Assembly (NCBI GenBank): GCA_963514005.1
Contig: OY740784.1
Coordinates: 81,716,001-81,780,000, forward strand
DNA length: 64,000 nucleotides
Direction: 5' to 3'
Source of the DNA: Raja brachyura
Lineage: Eukaryota
A model generated the notes under the pieces. It saw only the letters and a program-made list of their open reading frames with translations. It searched no databases and was not told the origin of the DNA. Shown piece by piece: positions 10,741 to 22,665 of this stretch. A program made the position numbers and the translations under genes. Position 1 is the first letter of the stretch. The number at the start of each line of letters is the position of its first letter.

Positions 10741-12128
10741 AGGCCCTATTTCACGGTGCGAGTTGACCCACGAGTGACCCAGAGTGACAGACTCGTGGTT
10801 ATGTACGATATTCCAAGTTGATGTTCAAGTGTTTGAGGCGAGTTCCCACGGGTATGGTAAGTTTGCCGTTTACTTGTACTTTCTGCGATGTTCCGAGATC
10901 GTCTCCAGAGTTACCAAGTTCCCCTCCCGTTTGCTCTTGAGTTACCAAGTTCCTCTCCCGCTCAGGGCGTGTGTTGTTGCTGCAGTCCGGGATTCGCATT
11001 TAAAGCACTCGGTTATCTTCAGCAGTTCAGGCGAGGACAGGTTTGGGGGGGGTGGGGGGCGAGGGATGGTGGAATTGGGAGAAGGCAAAGACTATGGGTG
11101 GGGAGGAGTGAGAGGGGGGCTAGGAACGGCATCTGCGAAACGGGTAGTCAACCTTTAGGGTCCCGGCCCGAAACATCCCTATACATTTTATGATTTCCCT
11201 CCAAAGATGCAGTCTCCCGTGGTTTGTTTGCATAACTCTCTTCCCTCTCTCTCCCAACATTGGGGGGGGGGGGGGACGACAAGATCGTTTAAACGGACCT
11301 TACCCCCACTTCATGCTTCTGTTGCGCATAATTCAGCATTAAAACCTCTCTTCCCCTTACCCAGCGATGCCCGATTCCTCGCACCCCCACAAGTTCACAT
11401 CGACGAGGGAAGAATGAGCGGGGAGTCTGAAGAAGGGTCCCGACCCGAAACATCACCCATTCCTTCTCTCCAGAGGCGATGCCTGTCCCTCTGAGTTACT
11501 CCAGCATGTTTGTGTCTATCATCGGTGTAAACCAGCATCTGCAGCTCCTTCCTACACACGGACAGTGAAGTGCCTCGGCCAAATTAGGAACATTAGGATT
11601 CTCTGATGTGAAGGTAGTCTGGTTTGCGTTTCTTATACTTGATCATATCCAAGACTAATGTATAGATAGACACAAAATGCTGGAGTAACTCGGCGGGACA
11701 GGCCGCATCTCTGGAGAGAAGGAATGGGTGGCGTTTTGGGTAAGTCTGAAGAAGGGTCTCAACTCCATTCCTTCTCTCCAGAGATGCTGCCTGGTCCTCT
11801 GAGTTACTCCAGCATTTTGTGTCTATTAAAGAGTTCCCACGGTAGACGCACGAATCACTAAACTTAACGCACGGGCCACTACGATATAACTCTGAGTTTA
11901 AATGTTTCAATTTTAAACTTGACCACGAAATTTGACTCGTGGAAAAAGTCAAACATGTTTGACTTTTTTCACGAGCTCACAAGTTTCACAGGTACCTGCC
12001 GTTAGCGCCACGAGTGGACAAGTTGATCGCGCGAGTTCCGACGTTCCCGCTAGGTTGGCTGTACGTGATCACCACGAGTGAAAACTCGGGGTCACTCGTG
12101 GGCCAACTCGCACCGTGAGACAGGGGTT
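10741..12128. mobile_element. PIF/Harbinger-type MITE #4 (~45-bp TIR) containing pLTR fragments
   Basis: AGGCCCTATTTCACGGTGCGAGTTGACCCACGAGTGACCC ... GGGTCACTCGTGGGCCAACTCGCACCGTGAGACAGGGGTT; flanks TAA/TTA inside a GAGTTACTCCAGCA pLTR site. Confidence 0.85.
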
Positions 12129-12470
12129 TTACTCCAGCATGTTCTGTCTATCTTCGGTATAAACCAGCATCTACTGTTTCGACCTACAAAAGGGATGATC
12201 GAACATGCCACATTGTTTACAGAGAACCAGATTGAGGGATTAGTAACATTTTCATTGGCAAAGGTAAAAGTAACTAGAGGATACCGATTAAAGCAAATCA
12301 GTTAAATAGCCAGAGGGGCCAAAAATTCTGATTTATTTTAACACTGCAATGAGCCTAATGTTCGGGGAAAACAAATGTTATGGTAATTTTTAAAAAGGAA
12401 ATTGAATTAATGTTTAAAATAGAATAGTTTGTGATACTATAAGGGAAGAGTGAGGTATTCCTGGAGAAGG

Positions 12471-12501
<31 letters not shown>

Positions 12502-13339
12502 ATTGTCACATGTATCGAGGTACAGTCCAAAGCATTGGTTGCTGACTAGCCTCCTTCTCTGGTCTAGCATTCTATGATAGATCTTCCTCATCATGTGGAA
12601 GTTTACACCATAGTCACAAGGCTTTGTCTGATTAACCTGCATTTCAGTGCTATTATAGATTTGACAGCACCCGTGGCAATCAGTGGCAGGCCTTGCATTG
12701 TGTACTATTAATATCTGGGATGCGGGTTTTGTGGAGCACTTGTTGGCGATTTTTTGTTATAACATCATGAATTGCCTGACAGATATTAAACCACTAATCT
12801 ACTTAAATTCTGCCAATAACCCACTCACATAAATATTTTCTTCACAGGCTTTATCTGCTGCAGTAAATAATCTGTCAGAATGCCCTCATTTTTTTTATCA
12901 TTTTGTAAGCCAGACATGGCTCGGCCGAAGCTTATCTCGATGAGCAGCTTAGTCAATCATGTTGGAATCAGAACAGGGATTATAATGCTTGTAATACACT
13001 GGCTAAAATTAAAAGCATTTTCCTTGTAGAACATAGGTGCTTTCCGTAGACTTTAATGTTTCTTAAATCATAAGACATGGCCTAAATGTAATGCAGTGCA
13101 GATTTAAATTCAGGAAACTATGGATTAAATAGACAAGAGTATCTTACTTTTTTTTCTCCCGGAAAAATCAGAAGTCACCAGTTATTGGTGCTTTGCAAAT
13201 TTCTGTTTGCAAACCTGAATGATTCATACTTTTAGACAGAGAAGATCATTTGCAAGACTTCAGAAAGGTAATATTTATTTAAAAACAGATCATCCCCCTG
13301 TGTATCTTTTTATCTCCTGGCTAATTGTTCTAGGCCTCC

Positions 13340-13745
13340 CAGGAGGCTGCGGGAAAAGCCGGGTGGCAAAGCTTGCCTGGGCCGCATGGAGCCTCGACAG
13401 CAGTGGTGAGCCTCGGTTGCGGTGGGGCCTCGGCAGCGGTGAAGCCTCGTCAGCGATGGAGAAGCCTCGGCGGTGGCGGAGAGGCCTCGATGGCGGTTGT
13501 GAAGCCTCGCGGGTCGACCCGTGGTCGGCAGTCGATGAGAGCGTGGGGGAACCGTCATGAAAGGTGGAGGGGTAGAACAATGTAGGACCCAGCGTGGGAA
13601 ACCGCTGTGGGGGAAGGGAAGAGGGGAGAACAGAGGAGCCGGTATACTTTGTAACTTTGTTAGCGCTGTAGGTGGCTGCTATGTGTATACATTCGGTATG
13701 CAAGCAAAGAATTTCACTGTGCCTTGTCACATGTGAAAATAAAAT
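13340..13745 (+). mobile_element. 3' part of a GC-rich SINE-like element with Rex-type tail
   Basis: GAAGCCTCG tandem units; tail TTTCACTGTGCCTTGTCACATGTGAAAATAAA like the Rex 3' ends in this window. Confidence 0.6.
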
Positions 13746-14107
13746 ATTCCTTTCCATGTTAACGAAGAAATTCCCATGTGTGACAGGCAGGTCAAAATGC
13801 AGGCTTCAAAAATGTTTCAAGAGGAAAACGTCTCTGAAGATGAGATTGAAAATCTGCATGTACAACGGGTGACATAAATGGATGAAAGATTACACAAGTA
13901 CTTTCATCTATCTGTTGGTCTATCTAGTTTCATCTTTGTAAAAGAGTTGCTGGTATATCACCTTTTGGAAAAACCCTGATAGAAATGTCAGCATAATGTG
14001 GTATAGGAAAAACAAATTACATTGATTTTAATTTAATTGATTTTAGCTAGTGTATTACATGCATTATATAGTGTCACACAGCTGGAAACAGGCCCTTTGG
14101 CCCATTT

Positions 14108-14382
14108 TAAGAATAAGGGGTAAGCCATTTGGAACGGAGATGAGGAAACACTTTTTCACAGAGAGTTGTGAGTGTGGAATTCTCTGCCTCAGACGGCGGT
14201 GGAGACAGGTTCTCTGGATACTTCCAAGAGAGAGCTAGATAGGGCTCTTGAAGATAGCGGAGACAGGGGATGTGGGGAGAAGGCAGGAACGGGGTACTGA
14301 TTGCGGATGATCAGCCATGATCACGTTGAATGGCAGTGCTGGCTTGAAGGGCTGAATGGCCTACTCCTGCACCTATTGTCTA
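14108..14382 (+). mobile_element. CR1 LINE 3' end
   Basis: LRIRGKPFGTEMRKHFFT-encoding sequence, ending CCTACTCCTGCACCTATTGTCTA. Confidence 0.9.
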
Positions 14383-14392
14383 ACCCCATACC

Positions 14393-15104
14393 CAGGGCAG
14401 TCTTAACAGTATTATAAGCCCCCGGGCAAAGCAATGCACTGGGGCCCCTACCTACACAACCACTCACAGGAATAAAATGTAAATGGTCAATAAAATGAAA
14501 CATATTTATTGGTACTTCCAACAAAACCAGTGTTTAAACATTAAAAAACATGCTGTACAGCTATGATTAATCAACACAAACATTTGAAAAACGGGTGGCG
14601 CCACAAGTCGGCAGCCTCGCCAGCATTTGTTCATCCTTTCCACTTTTTTTTTCGTTTTTAGTATGTTTAAAAGTGTGTTATAGTGTGGGGGGAAGGGGGA
14701 AACTGTTTTTTAGTCACTTAACTCGGTGGAATGCGACTTTTCTCCTAGTTGCATTTCGCCCTCCCTCGCCTAACAGCTGGGATTGGTGCGGCCTTTCCCA
14801 GAGTCGGGTCCAGAGCTTCAGCAGCGGGCGCAGCATAGACTTTCCATCGCAGAGCTGGGCGATCCCTTGCCGGGGGTCGCCAGGGGTCGCTCTGACCACT
14901 GGCCCGCGGATTATGATGTCCTGAAGATCCCTGGCCCGCGGACTACAACATACTGAAGCAGACCTTCTAGCCACGGGCGAGGCGTGGACTTTCAATATTT
15001 ATTTATTGACAGCAAGTCACAACATACATAGATTAGCATGGGGCCCCTATGCTCGTGGGGCCCCGGGCAACTTCCCAGCATGCCCATGCATTAAGATAGC
15101 CCAG
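14393..15104. mobile_element. Non-autonomous hAT DNA transposon
   Basis: Perfect 8-bp TSD CCCATACC (14385-14392, 15105-15112); TIRs CAGGGCAGTCTTAA / TTAAGATAGCCCAG; GGGGCCCC subterminal motifs. Confidence 0.9.
14593..14995 (+). mobile_element. 5' part of GC-rich SINE-like element inside the hAT MITE
   Basis: GGTGGCGCC..GGCAGCC, T-rich tract, G-run, AAAC, TTTTAGTC, ATGCGACTTTT architecture shared with 2625-2830 and 56060-56260. Confidence 0.65.
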
Positions 15105-16072
15105 CCCATACCCAGTTACATTATTCCCATATTTGCATTCTCATCTCATCGCCTTCACACAACGGCACTTTTCTAAACCTAATTAACCTAAGAAGTTTCA
15201 AATCTTTGGAATATGCAAGGAAACTGGAGCACCCTGGGGGAGAGAATAGATACTCCACGCAAACAACACCAGAGGTTCGGATTGAACGTGTGTCTCTGCA
15301 GCTCTATAAGCCTGTGCCAACGTTCAAGCCTATTAACGTAATAGAACATGGAATGCTGAGGGTCGATATGTTGTAAGATCTTTGCACATGGAAAAATGAT
15401 AACTTCTGTGGTGTACATAGTTGCTGCATAATCTGTATTGGTGAAGTACATTAAGAAATGTCCTAAGGTGCTTCTCAGGAAACACAAATTTGAGAAACCC
15501 GTCAGGAATTATTCAGGAGTTATAAAATTATTGCAGGCATTAATTCAAACATGAACCTGTCTTCAGAAAACCTGGTGTGATATACTTTACAAGCAGTGAT
15601 CATATGGATGGTCTAAATTTAAGGGACAGTTAATTGGCCAATATCAAACCAGATACTTTTGGCGTAATGTAGAAACAAGGAATACTGATGCTAATTTACA
15701 AAAAAAAACAGAGTTCTGGACACCTAGTCTGAGGGAGGGTCCTACCTAAAACCACCTATACATGTTCTCCTGACATGCCGCCTGACCCACTGAGCTATTC
15801 CAGTATTTTGTGTCCCCTTAGGCCTAAGTAATTTTGAGCCATTGTGATGGTGATGAAGCAAACTTCCAGAACAGATCTACAGTATTTTATCACGGTACAT
15901 CAGAAATGAAAAATATATATTTGTCTGCCTATCAATGATTGGGTGTTTGTGTACGCAAAAGAGTCTCCGCTCAAAACACTAATTTTGCATGTCTGGATTC
16001 CCTGTCCTCAGAAGACCATCCATATGAATTGCTATATATGGATAAAGATATTAATGTGTTTGAACATTTATT

Positions 16073-16348
16073 TGGGACAGCACAGTGGTGCAGCAGTAGA
16101 GTTGTTGCCTTACAGCGCCCAAGACCTGGGTTCAATCCTGGCTACACATGCTGTCTGTACAGATTTTGTACATTCTCCTTGTGACCATGTGGTTTTTCAC
16201 CGAGTGCTTCAGCTACCTCTCACGCTCCAAAGATGTGCAGGTTTGTAGGTTAATTAGGTTTGGTAAAATTGTAATTGGGGTAATCATTGGTCGGTGCAGA
16301 CTCAGTGGGCTGAAGGGCCTGTTTGTAAACTGTATCTCTAAAGTCTAA
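16073..16348 (+). mobile_element. V-SINE (HE1-like)
   Basis: Head GCACAGTGGTGCAGCAGTAGAGTTG, B-box GGTTCAATCC, V-domain and tail. Confidence 0.88.
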
Positions 16349-16589
16349 AATAAATTAATAACTGCAATACGATGTAACCATAATAGTGCAAAACTAAAAC
16401 TTGTTGTGCAACCTAAGACACATTTCACAGAAGATGATAATTGCTGAGGTAGGGTTAGTGATGTGTCGTGTTTAAGAGCCAAAAGGTTGCTGGGAAGAAA
16501 CTGTTCTTGAACCTGGTGTCATGCTTTTCAGGCTGCTGTACCTTCATCCCAATAGTTGGGCAAAATGAGAGTGCAGCCAGTGGTGTTGG

Positions 16590-16710
16590 TTTTCAGCATT
16601 CCCTCAGGATCCAGGATGAGTGCTTCCATTTCAGTTCTGTGGGTGAGGCCAATATGGGAACCACTAACACTTCCACGGGTGGGGCAGGAGGTTGCTGGTA
16701 GGATGGGATG
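16590..16710 (-). mobile_element. RTE LINE 3' end remnant
   Basis: Translation TSCPTRGSVSGSHIGLTH..ILDPEG resembles a decayed RTE C-terminal zinc knuckle. Confidence 0.6.
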
Positions 16711-17342
16711 GTAACACAGAGCTTCCCATTGTATGGATTTCAGATTCTCTGAGAATTTCTGCTGGTGTTTCAAAGGAGTGCGGCACTGTTGGAATGTGTA
16801 CATTCACAACTGAATGAGAATTTGAAGAAGACATAGGTATTATCAGCTGTTGACTGTCAAGGGTGAAATCAGAAGTGTGGCAGTTAATACATGATGATCA
16901 CTGGCATTGAATTTCATCCCTGCAAATCTTGGCTCCATAACAGTTGCCAGTGTATTTCTGCTGAATACGCTCAACCGGAGTGAAAATTTTATTTTTGCCC
17001 TATACACTGACTGGCTGTATTAACTCTGAATTAAAAAAAACTTAAATTTTACAATGTCTTTCAAAAACTGGACATATTTCACTCTCAGTGAGCTACTTGT
17101 CAGTTGATGTCATTACTGTAGTTTAGGAAGGAACAATGAATCAGCTTTTAAGGAAATGATTTATATTAATTGTATAGCACAGCACAATGACACATCTAGT
17201 TGAGCAGTTGTCTCACAAATCCAGTGACTCAAGCCTAATTTTGGTGCTATCTGCATGACCTTTGCATGTTCTCCCTGTAACCAAATACATATCCTATGGG
17301 TGTTCCAGCTTCCCCCCACATAGTAAGTTCATGCCGACAAAA

Positions 17343-18340
17343 TGTGTAGGAAGGAACTGCAGATGCTGGTTTATACCAAAGATAGATACAAAATGCTGGA
17401 GTAAACTACGGGTTAGGCACCATCTCAGGAGAAAAGGAGTAGGTGACGTTTCGGGTTGAGACCCCTGTTCAGACAGACTGAAGAAGGATCTCGACATGAA
17501 ATGTCACCTATTCCTTTTCTCCAGAGGTGCTACCTTATCCGCTGAGTTACTATAGGATTTTGTATCAATCTGTGTAAGAAGGAACTGCAGATGCTGGTTT
17601 AAACCGAAGATAGACACAAAAAGCTGGAGTGACTCAGCGGGACAGGCAGCATCTCTGGAGAGAAGGAATGGCTGTCGTTTCGGGACAAGACCCTTCTTCA
17701 GACTGGTTAGGGATAAGAGAAACAAGAGATATAGACGGTGATGTGGAGAGATAAGAACAATGAATGAAATATATGCAAAAAAGTAATGATGATAAAGGTT
17801 AGCTGTTGTTAACTGTTTGTCGGGTGAAAATGAGAAGCTAGTGCGAATTGGGTGGGGAAGGGATAGAGAGAGAGGGAATGCTGGGGCTACCTGAAGTGAG
17901 ATAAAGCAATATTCTACCACTGGGCTATAAACTGCCCAAGCAAAATATGAGATGCTGTTCCTCCAATTTGCATTTAGCTTCACTCTAACAATGGAGGAGA
18001 CCGAGGACAGAAAGGTGCATGTAGGAATGGGAAGGAAAATTAAAGTGTCCAGCAACCAGGAGATCAGGTTGGTTCACACGGGCTGAGAAAAGGTGTTCCA
18101 CAAAATGATCGCCCTGTCTGCATTTGGTCTCGCCGATGTATAAGAGTCCACATCTTGAACAACGGATATAATAGATGAGGTTGGAGGAGATGCAAGTGAA
18201 CCTCTGCCTAACCTGAAAGGACTTATCGCTTATCCCTAACCAGTATGATGAAGGGTCTTGACACGAAATGTCACCTATTCCTTTTCTCCAGAGATGCTAC
18301 CTAACTCACTCAGTTACTTCAGCTTTTTGTACCCATCTAA
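17343..18340 (-). mobile_element. Penelope-like element fragment: GIY-YIG endonuclease plus pLTRs
   Basis: Minus strand ~18220-17910 translates FQVRQRFTCISSNLIYYIRCSRCGLLYIGETK..DHFVEH..VAGHFN..EEQHLIF; followed by pLTR, with an inverted pLTR at 18230-18340 and an inverted pair at 17343-17575. Confidence 0.88.
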
Positions 18341-18594
18341 AGACTAGCTGGTTGGGTCATTGAAAATTGTTCCTACTTTGAAGGTGCCTGGTAGAATCTG
18401 GAGATGTTAATGGAAATGTAGAGAGAACAAAGTGGTATTAGTGTAGGATTGTGTGATTTATTTAAAGGTGAGCAATATTTTTTTGAGGCAACCCCTTTGC
18501 CATTATTTTTGAAGCTTCAGTCACCCAGTTGCTTAATCTGTGATAGAGGTTCTAGAAATCCTCATCCATGTTTAGTTCAGTTTAGAGATCTCCA

Positions 18595-19000
18595 TGGATT
18601 GTCACCTTGTCGTGGAGGAGAAGCTTGTGTGGCCCTGAGATCCTGAGAGCGATGCTGTCTGGAGCTATGCTCCTGGTTGGGCCATCCATGGTGGTAAGGT
18701 CGAGGGGGAGGACTCTGACAAAGAGCAATCCAACCAAGACTTCAACGGTGGAACAGGAGGTGGATGGTGGCTGACCTTAGTGGAGCGTCACAACGGCTAG
18801 GAAGGCGGTTGAAGGCTGCAGCAGAAAAGGGTCTCCGATCGTCTTGGACTCCATGCCACTGGATCCTGAACCAGATCTGTCAAGGTCCCTGTGGTGGGTG
18901 TCTGTGGACCAGTCTCCCCACATTAAACAAAGTCACGCACCGGCATCCTCCAAACCTGGAGACACTCATGGTCAGCCATGACCGAAGGGGCCTAAGAATT
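18595..19000 (+). mobile_element. Bipartite RTE-derived non-autonomous element (5' UTR plus 3' end)
   Basis: RTE 5' motif CACCTTGTCGTGG..GAGCTATGC..GACAAAGAGCAATCC; no ORF. Confidence 0.65.
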
Positions 19001-19004
19001 CAGA

Positions 19005-19271
19005 AGAGGGATACAGCATGGAAACAGGCCATTCAACCCCCCCCCCCCACCACCTGAGTCCACGTAGACCAGAGAACCCCATTACACGAGAGACAATTTA
19101 CTATTTTTTACCAAAGCCAGTTAACTTACAAACCTGTATGCCTTTGGAATGTGGGAGGAAACCGGAGCACCTGGAGAAAACCCATGCATAGTCAGGAGCA
19201 CCCATAGTCAGGATTGAACCTGGGTCACTGGCGATGTGAGGCAGCAACTCAACTGCTGCACCACTGTGCCA
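19005..19271 (-). mobile_element. V-SINE (HE1-like)
   Basis: Reverse complement of head, V-domain and tail. Confidence 0.85.
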
Positions 19272-19934
19272 TAAGGGGAATGTTTCCTCTACATTCTCAG
19301 CGGTCAAGAAGTAACTCCAAAGAAATTACAAGCAACTAGTTCGCTGTTTCTTTGCAGTCAATAGTAGTGCTAATGATGTCCTCAAAAATTCCAACATTGG
19401 CAACTGTGCCTTCAACTGTCAAGAGTCTAAGATTCTCAAATCCTCCTACTGTATCTGTATCCCGTTCAGAACAATTTGCATTTTTAACAATCCACGATTC
19501 AATTTTCCACTGAATAGTATCTTTTTTTTTGCAATGAATATTATTTTCTCCCATGGCAACCCATCCCTGTCCCTAGGGGGAGCCACCCTACAACTTAAAG
19601 ACAGGCTGCATCTTGCAAAATCACCACCTCCGCCTGTCTTCCCCTGAAAATTTCCCTTCTTCGCTTAGGATGCTCTACTCTGCCCAAGTTATCTTGTACT
19701 GCCAATGTGGTTTGGCACAGTCTGGTCAGTTTAAACACAAAGGCTATCAATTTCATTGAGGCGTTTCATATTCCCAAACAACTAATTTCAGCATACAAGA
19801 ATACCATTTTTTTATTCTTTCCTACAATGGATTCCATGTTAGGAGAATTGACAGCCCTTGCAGTTCAGACATGTCTGAATTTACTTTGGTAGAATAGAAG
19901 TAAAAAGGTGCTGAAAATTACTCAGATGTCCTGA

Positions 19935-20247
19935 TTAAGAATAAAGAGTAAGCCATTTAGAATGGACACGAGGAAACACTTTTTCTCACAGAGAGTGGTG
20001 AGTCTGTGGAATTCTGTGCCTCAGAGGGTGGTGGAGGCAGGTTCTCTGGATGCTTTCAAGAGAGAGCCAGATAGGGCTCTTAAAAATAGCGGAGTCAGGG
20101 GATATGGGGAGAAGGCAGGAACGGGGTACTGATTGGGGATGATCAGCCATGATCACATTGAATGGCGGTGCTGGCTCGAAGGGCCAAATGGCCTACTCCT
20201 GCACCTATTGTTTATTGTCTATTGTCTATTGTCTATTGTCTATTGTC
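19935..20247 (+). mobile_element. CR1 LINE 3' end with (CTATTGT)n tail
   Basis: CR1 ORF2 C-terminus, 3' UTR and tandem tail. Confidence 0.92.
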
Positions 20248-20707
20248 CTCTGCAAAGAAAAATGCTCAGATTCAAGACCTGTAAACTGAAATAGGCCAGC
20301 ATCCTGTCATTAAAATACATTGGAAACCTTCTTAACATTGTTTTGCAAAAGTCTTAATAAGTAAAATTAATTATTGCCTTCTTACAGCAGTGTGAATAGG
20401 GTCCCACATGTATCCCTACTCTGTTTCAAGATTAGAATAAATTATTGGTCAAATTTCTTGTTTCTATGCTTGTGGGGTCACAACTCTGACCTTAGAAAGC
20501 AATCCTTCAAGGTCCACACCACTTGACAAGCAGCACTCTCCCAGGTAAGGTTGTTCACAATAAATACCCCAATTATGAGCCAGGGAGAAGATTTGCAATT
20601 GTCCCAGAAGAAGCAGGGGAACTAGTAGCATTTTTACTACAGAACAGTGTGAGAGGTTCCTTCTATCAATGAGATCTCTCAAGTGCTTGCTATGAGTGTC
20701 TGCACTT

Positions 20708-20945
20708 GAGAAACATAGAAACATAGAAAATAGGTGCAGGAGTAGGCCATTCGGCCCTTCGAGCCTGCACCGCCATTCAATATGATCATGGCTGATCATC
20801 CAACTCAGTATCCTGTACCTGCCTTCTCTCCATACCCCCTGATTCCTTTAGCCACAAGGGCCACATCTAACTCCCTCTTAAATATAGCCAATGGACTGGC
20901 CTCAACTACCTTCTGTGGCAGATAATTCCAGAGACTCACCACTCT
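20708..20945 (-). mobile_element. CR1 LINE 3' end
   Basis: (AGAAACAT)n tail; near-identical to 22317-22560. Confidence 0.9.
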
Positions 20946-21071
20946 CACCACCCAATAGTGCAACAAAATGTCCCTGCAGCTCTGAATGCTGCAGTCACAT
21001 TTACCAAAGGTTGAAAGTTCCCCAACATTAATGTTGAATTTTTATGACTTTTATATATGTGGATGCGAGCA

Positions 21072-21430
21072 GTAAGTTTTCAAGAGAGAGATAGATTTAG
21101 CTCTTAGGGCTAAAGGAAGAAAGGGATATGAGGAAAAAGCAGGAACTGGGTACTGATTTTAGAAGATCGGTCATGATGGCCCCACAGCAAAAGTGTCCAC
21201 TGGAAGTATCCTGAGCTACTTCTGCTACCACCATCATCTATTGCGACAAGTGATGGCTTCCATTGATTGTCGCCAGAAGCTTGTGTCCTTTTCAGGACGG
21301 ATGATGACAGTGAGCTCAACATTTGTAACAAGATGGACACGAAAAACGAAGATCAGCCATGATCATATTGAATGGCGGTACTGGATCAAAGGGCCGAATG
21401 GTCTACTCCTGCACCTATTTTTCTATGCTT
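21072..21430 (+). mobile_element. CR1 3' end split by a 170-bp insertion
   Basis: CR1 3' UTR halves flank 21178-21347. Confidence 0.75.
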
Positions 21431-21459
21431 TTCTAAATATCATGAATGGCATTTTTTAT

Positions 21460-21960
21460 TTATTCATTCAATGGATGTGGGGTTCACAGGTTGAGCCAGC
21501 ATTTAATTGCCCATCTCTAATTTACCTTGAGAAGGTGGTGGTGAGCTGCCTTCTTGAATCGCTGCAGGCCTTGAGGTTTTGTACACCTGCAATGCTATTA
21601 AGGAGGGAGTTCCAGGATATTATGACTCAGCGACAGAGTAGGACCAGAGATATATTTCCATGTCAGGATGGTGTCTGGACTGGAGGGCAACTTCCAAGCT
21701 GCTGGTGTCCACGTACTTACTCTGTCCTTGTCCTGGCTGGTAGAGGTGGTGGTTTTGGAAGGTGCTGTCCAAGGAGTTTTTTGTGAGTTGCTGCAGTGCC
21801 TGTAGATTGTACAAACTGCTGCTACTGAACATTCGTGGTGGAGTGAGTTATCAACGGAGGTCGTGTGGAAGAGTTCTGAAAATGTTTCTGAGCGTAATGG
21901 TGACCTGGACTCTGGCTTTGATTTGAGTGTGTTTCACCCATCTGAATAACATTGTTCTTA
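21460..21960 (-). mobile_element. Old non-LTR LINE 3' fragment (CR1/L2 group)
   Basis: ATTCATTCA..GGATGTGGG..CCAGCATTTAATTGCCCATC..GAGAAGGTGGTGGTGAGCTGCC, recalled as a common elasmobranch LINE tail. Confidence 0.6.
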
Positions 21961-22316
21961 AGATTTTCTGAGCCGTGTGTGTGAGAGCAACCTTGCGGAG
22001 GATAGTCCACATGGGGGCATGATCCTGTGAAAACTGGGTGGAAAAGGTAAGAGGCCCCATTTCTCTAAGCAAGACCCTTAGAATCTTAGAAAGGGCAGAG
22101 GAAAACAAAATTTGACAAGTGAAAGTGAATGTCTTGTCTACTCTCTCCAATGTTAATATATTTGTTAAGTAATTTAATTAAATAATTTAAGAGATATTCC
22201 CGGTAACATCAACATCTAAAACCAGAGGACATGGGGTTTAATGTAATGAGTGAAAGAGAAGTTCAAAGCTTTTTTTTCACTCAAACATGATTGGAATCTT
22301 GATGCACATGGCCTGA

Positions 22317-22665
22317 GAAACATAGAAACATAGAAACATAGAAATTAGGTGCAGGAATAGGCCATTCGGCCCTTCGAGCCTGCACCGCCATTCAATATGA
22401 TCATGGCTGATCATCCAACTCAGTATCCCGTACCTGCCTTCTCTCCATACCCTCTAATCCCCTTAGCCACAAGGGCCACATCTAACTCCCTCTTAAATAT
22501 ATCCAATGAACTGGCCTCAACTACCCTCTGTGGCAGAGAGTTCCAGAGACCCACCACTCTCTGTGTGAAAAAATTCCTTCTCATCTCGGTCCTAAAGGAT
22601 TTCCCCCTTATCCTTAAGCTGTGACCCCTTGTCCTGGACTTAAGCTGTGACCCCTTGTCCTGGAG
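22317..22665 (-). mobile_element. Young CR1 3' end nested in an older plus-strand CR1 (~22215-22830)
   Basis: ORF 22420-22734 contains SRTRGHSLRIRGKSFRTEMRRNFFTQRVVGLWNSLPQ; short duplication at its 5' truncation. Confidence 0.9.
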
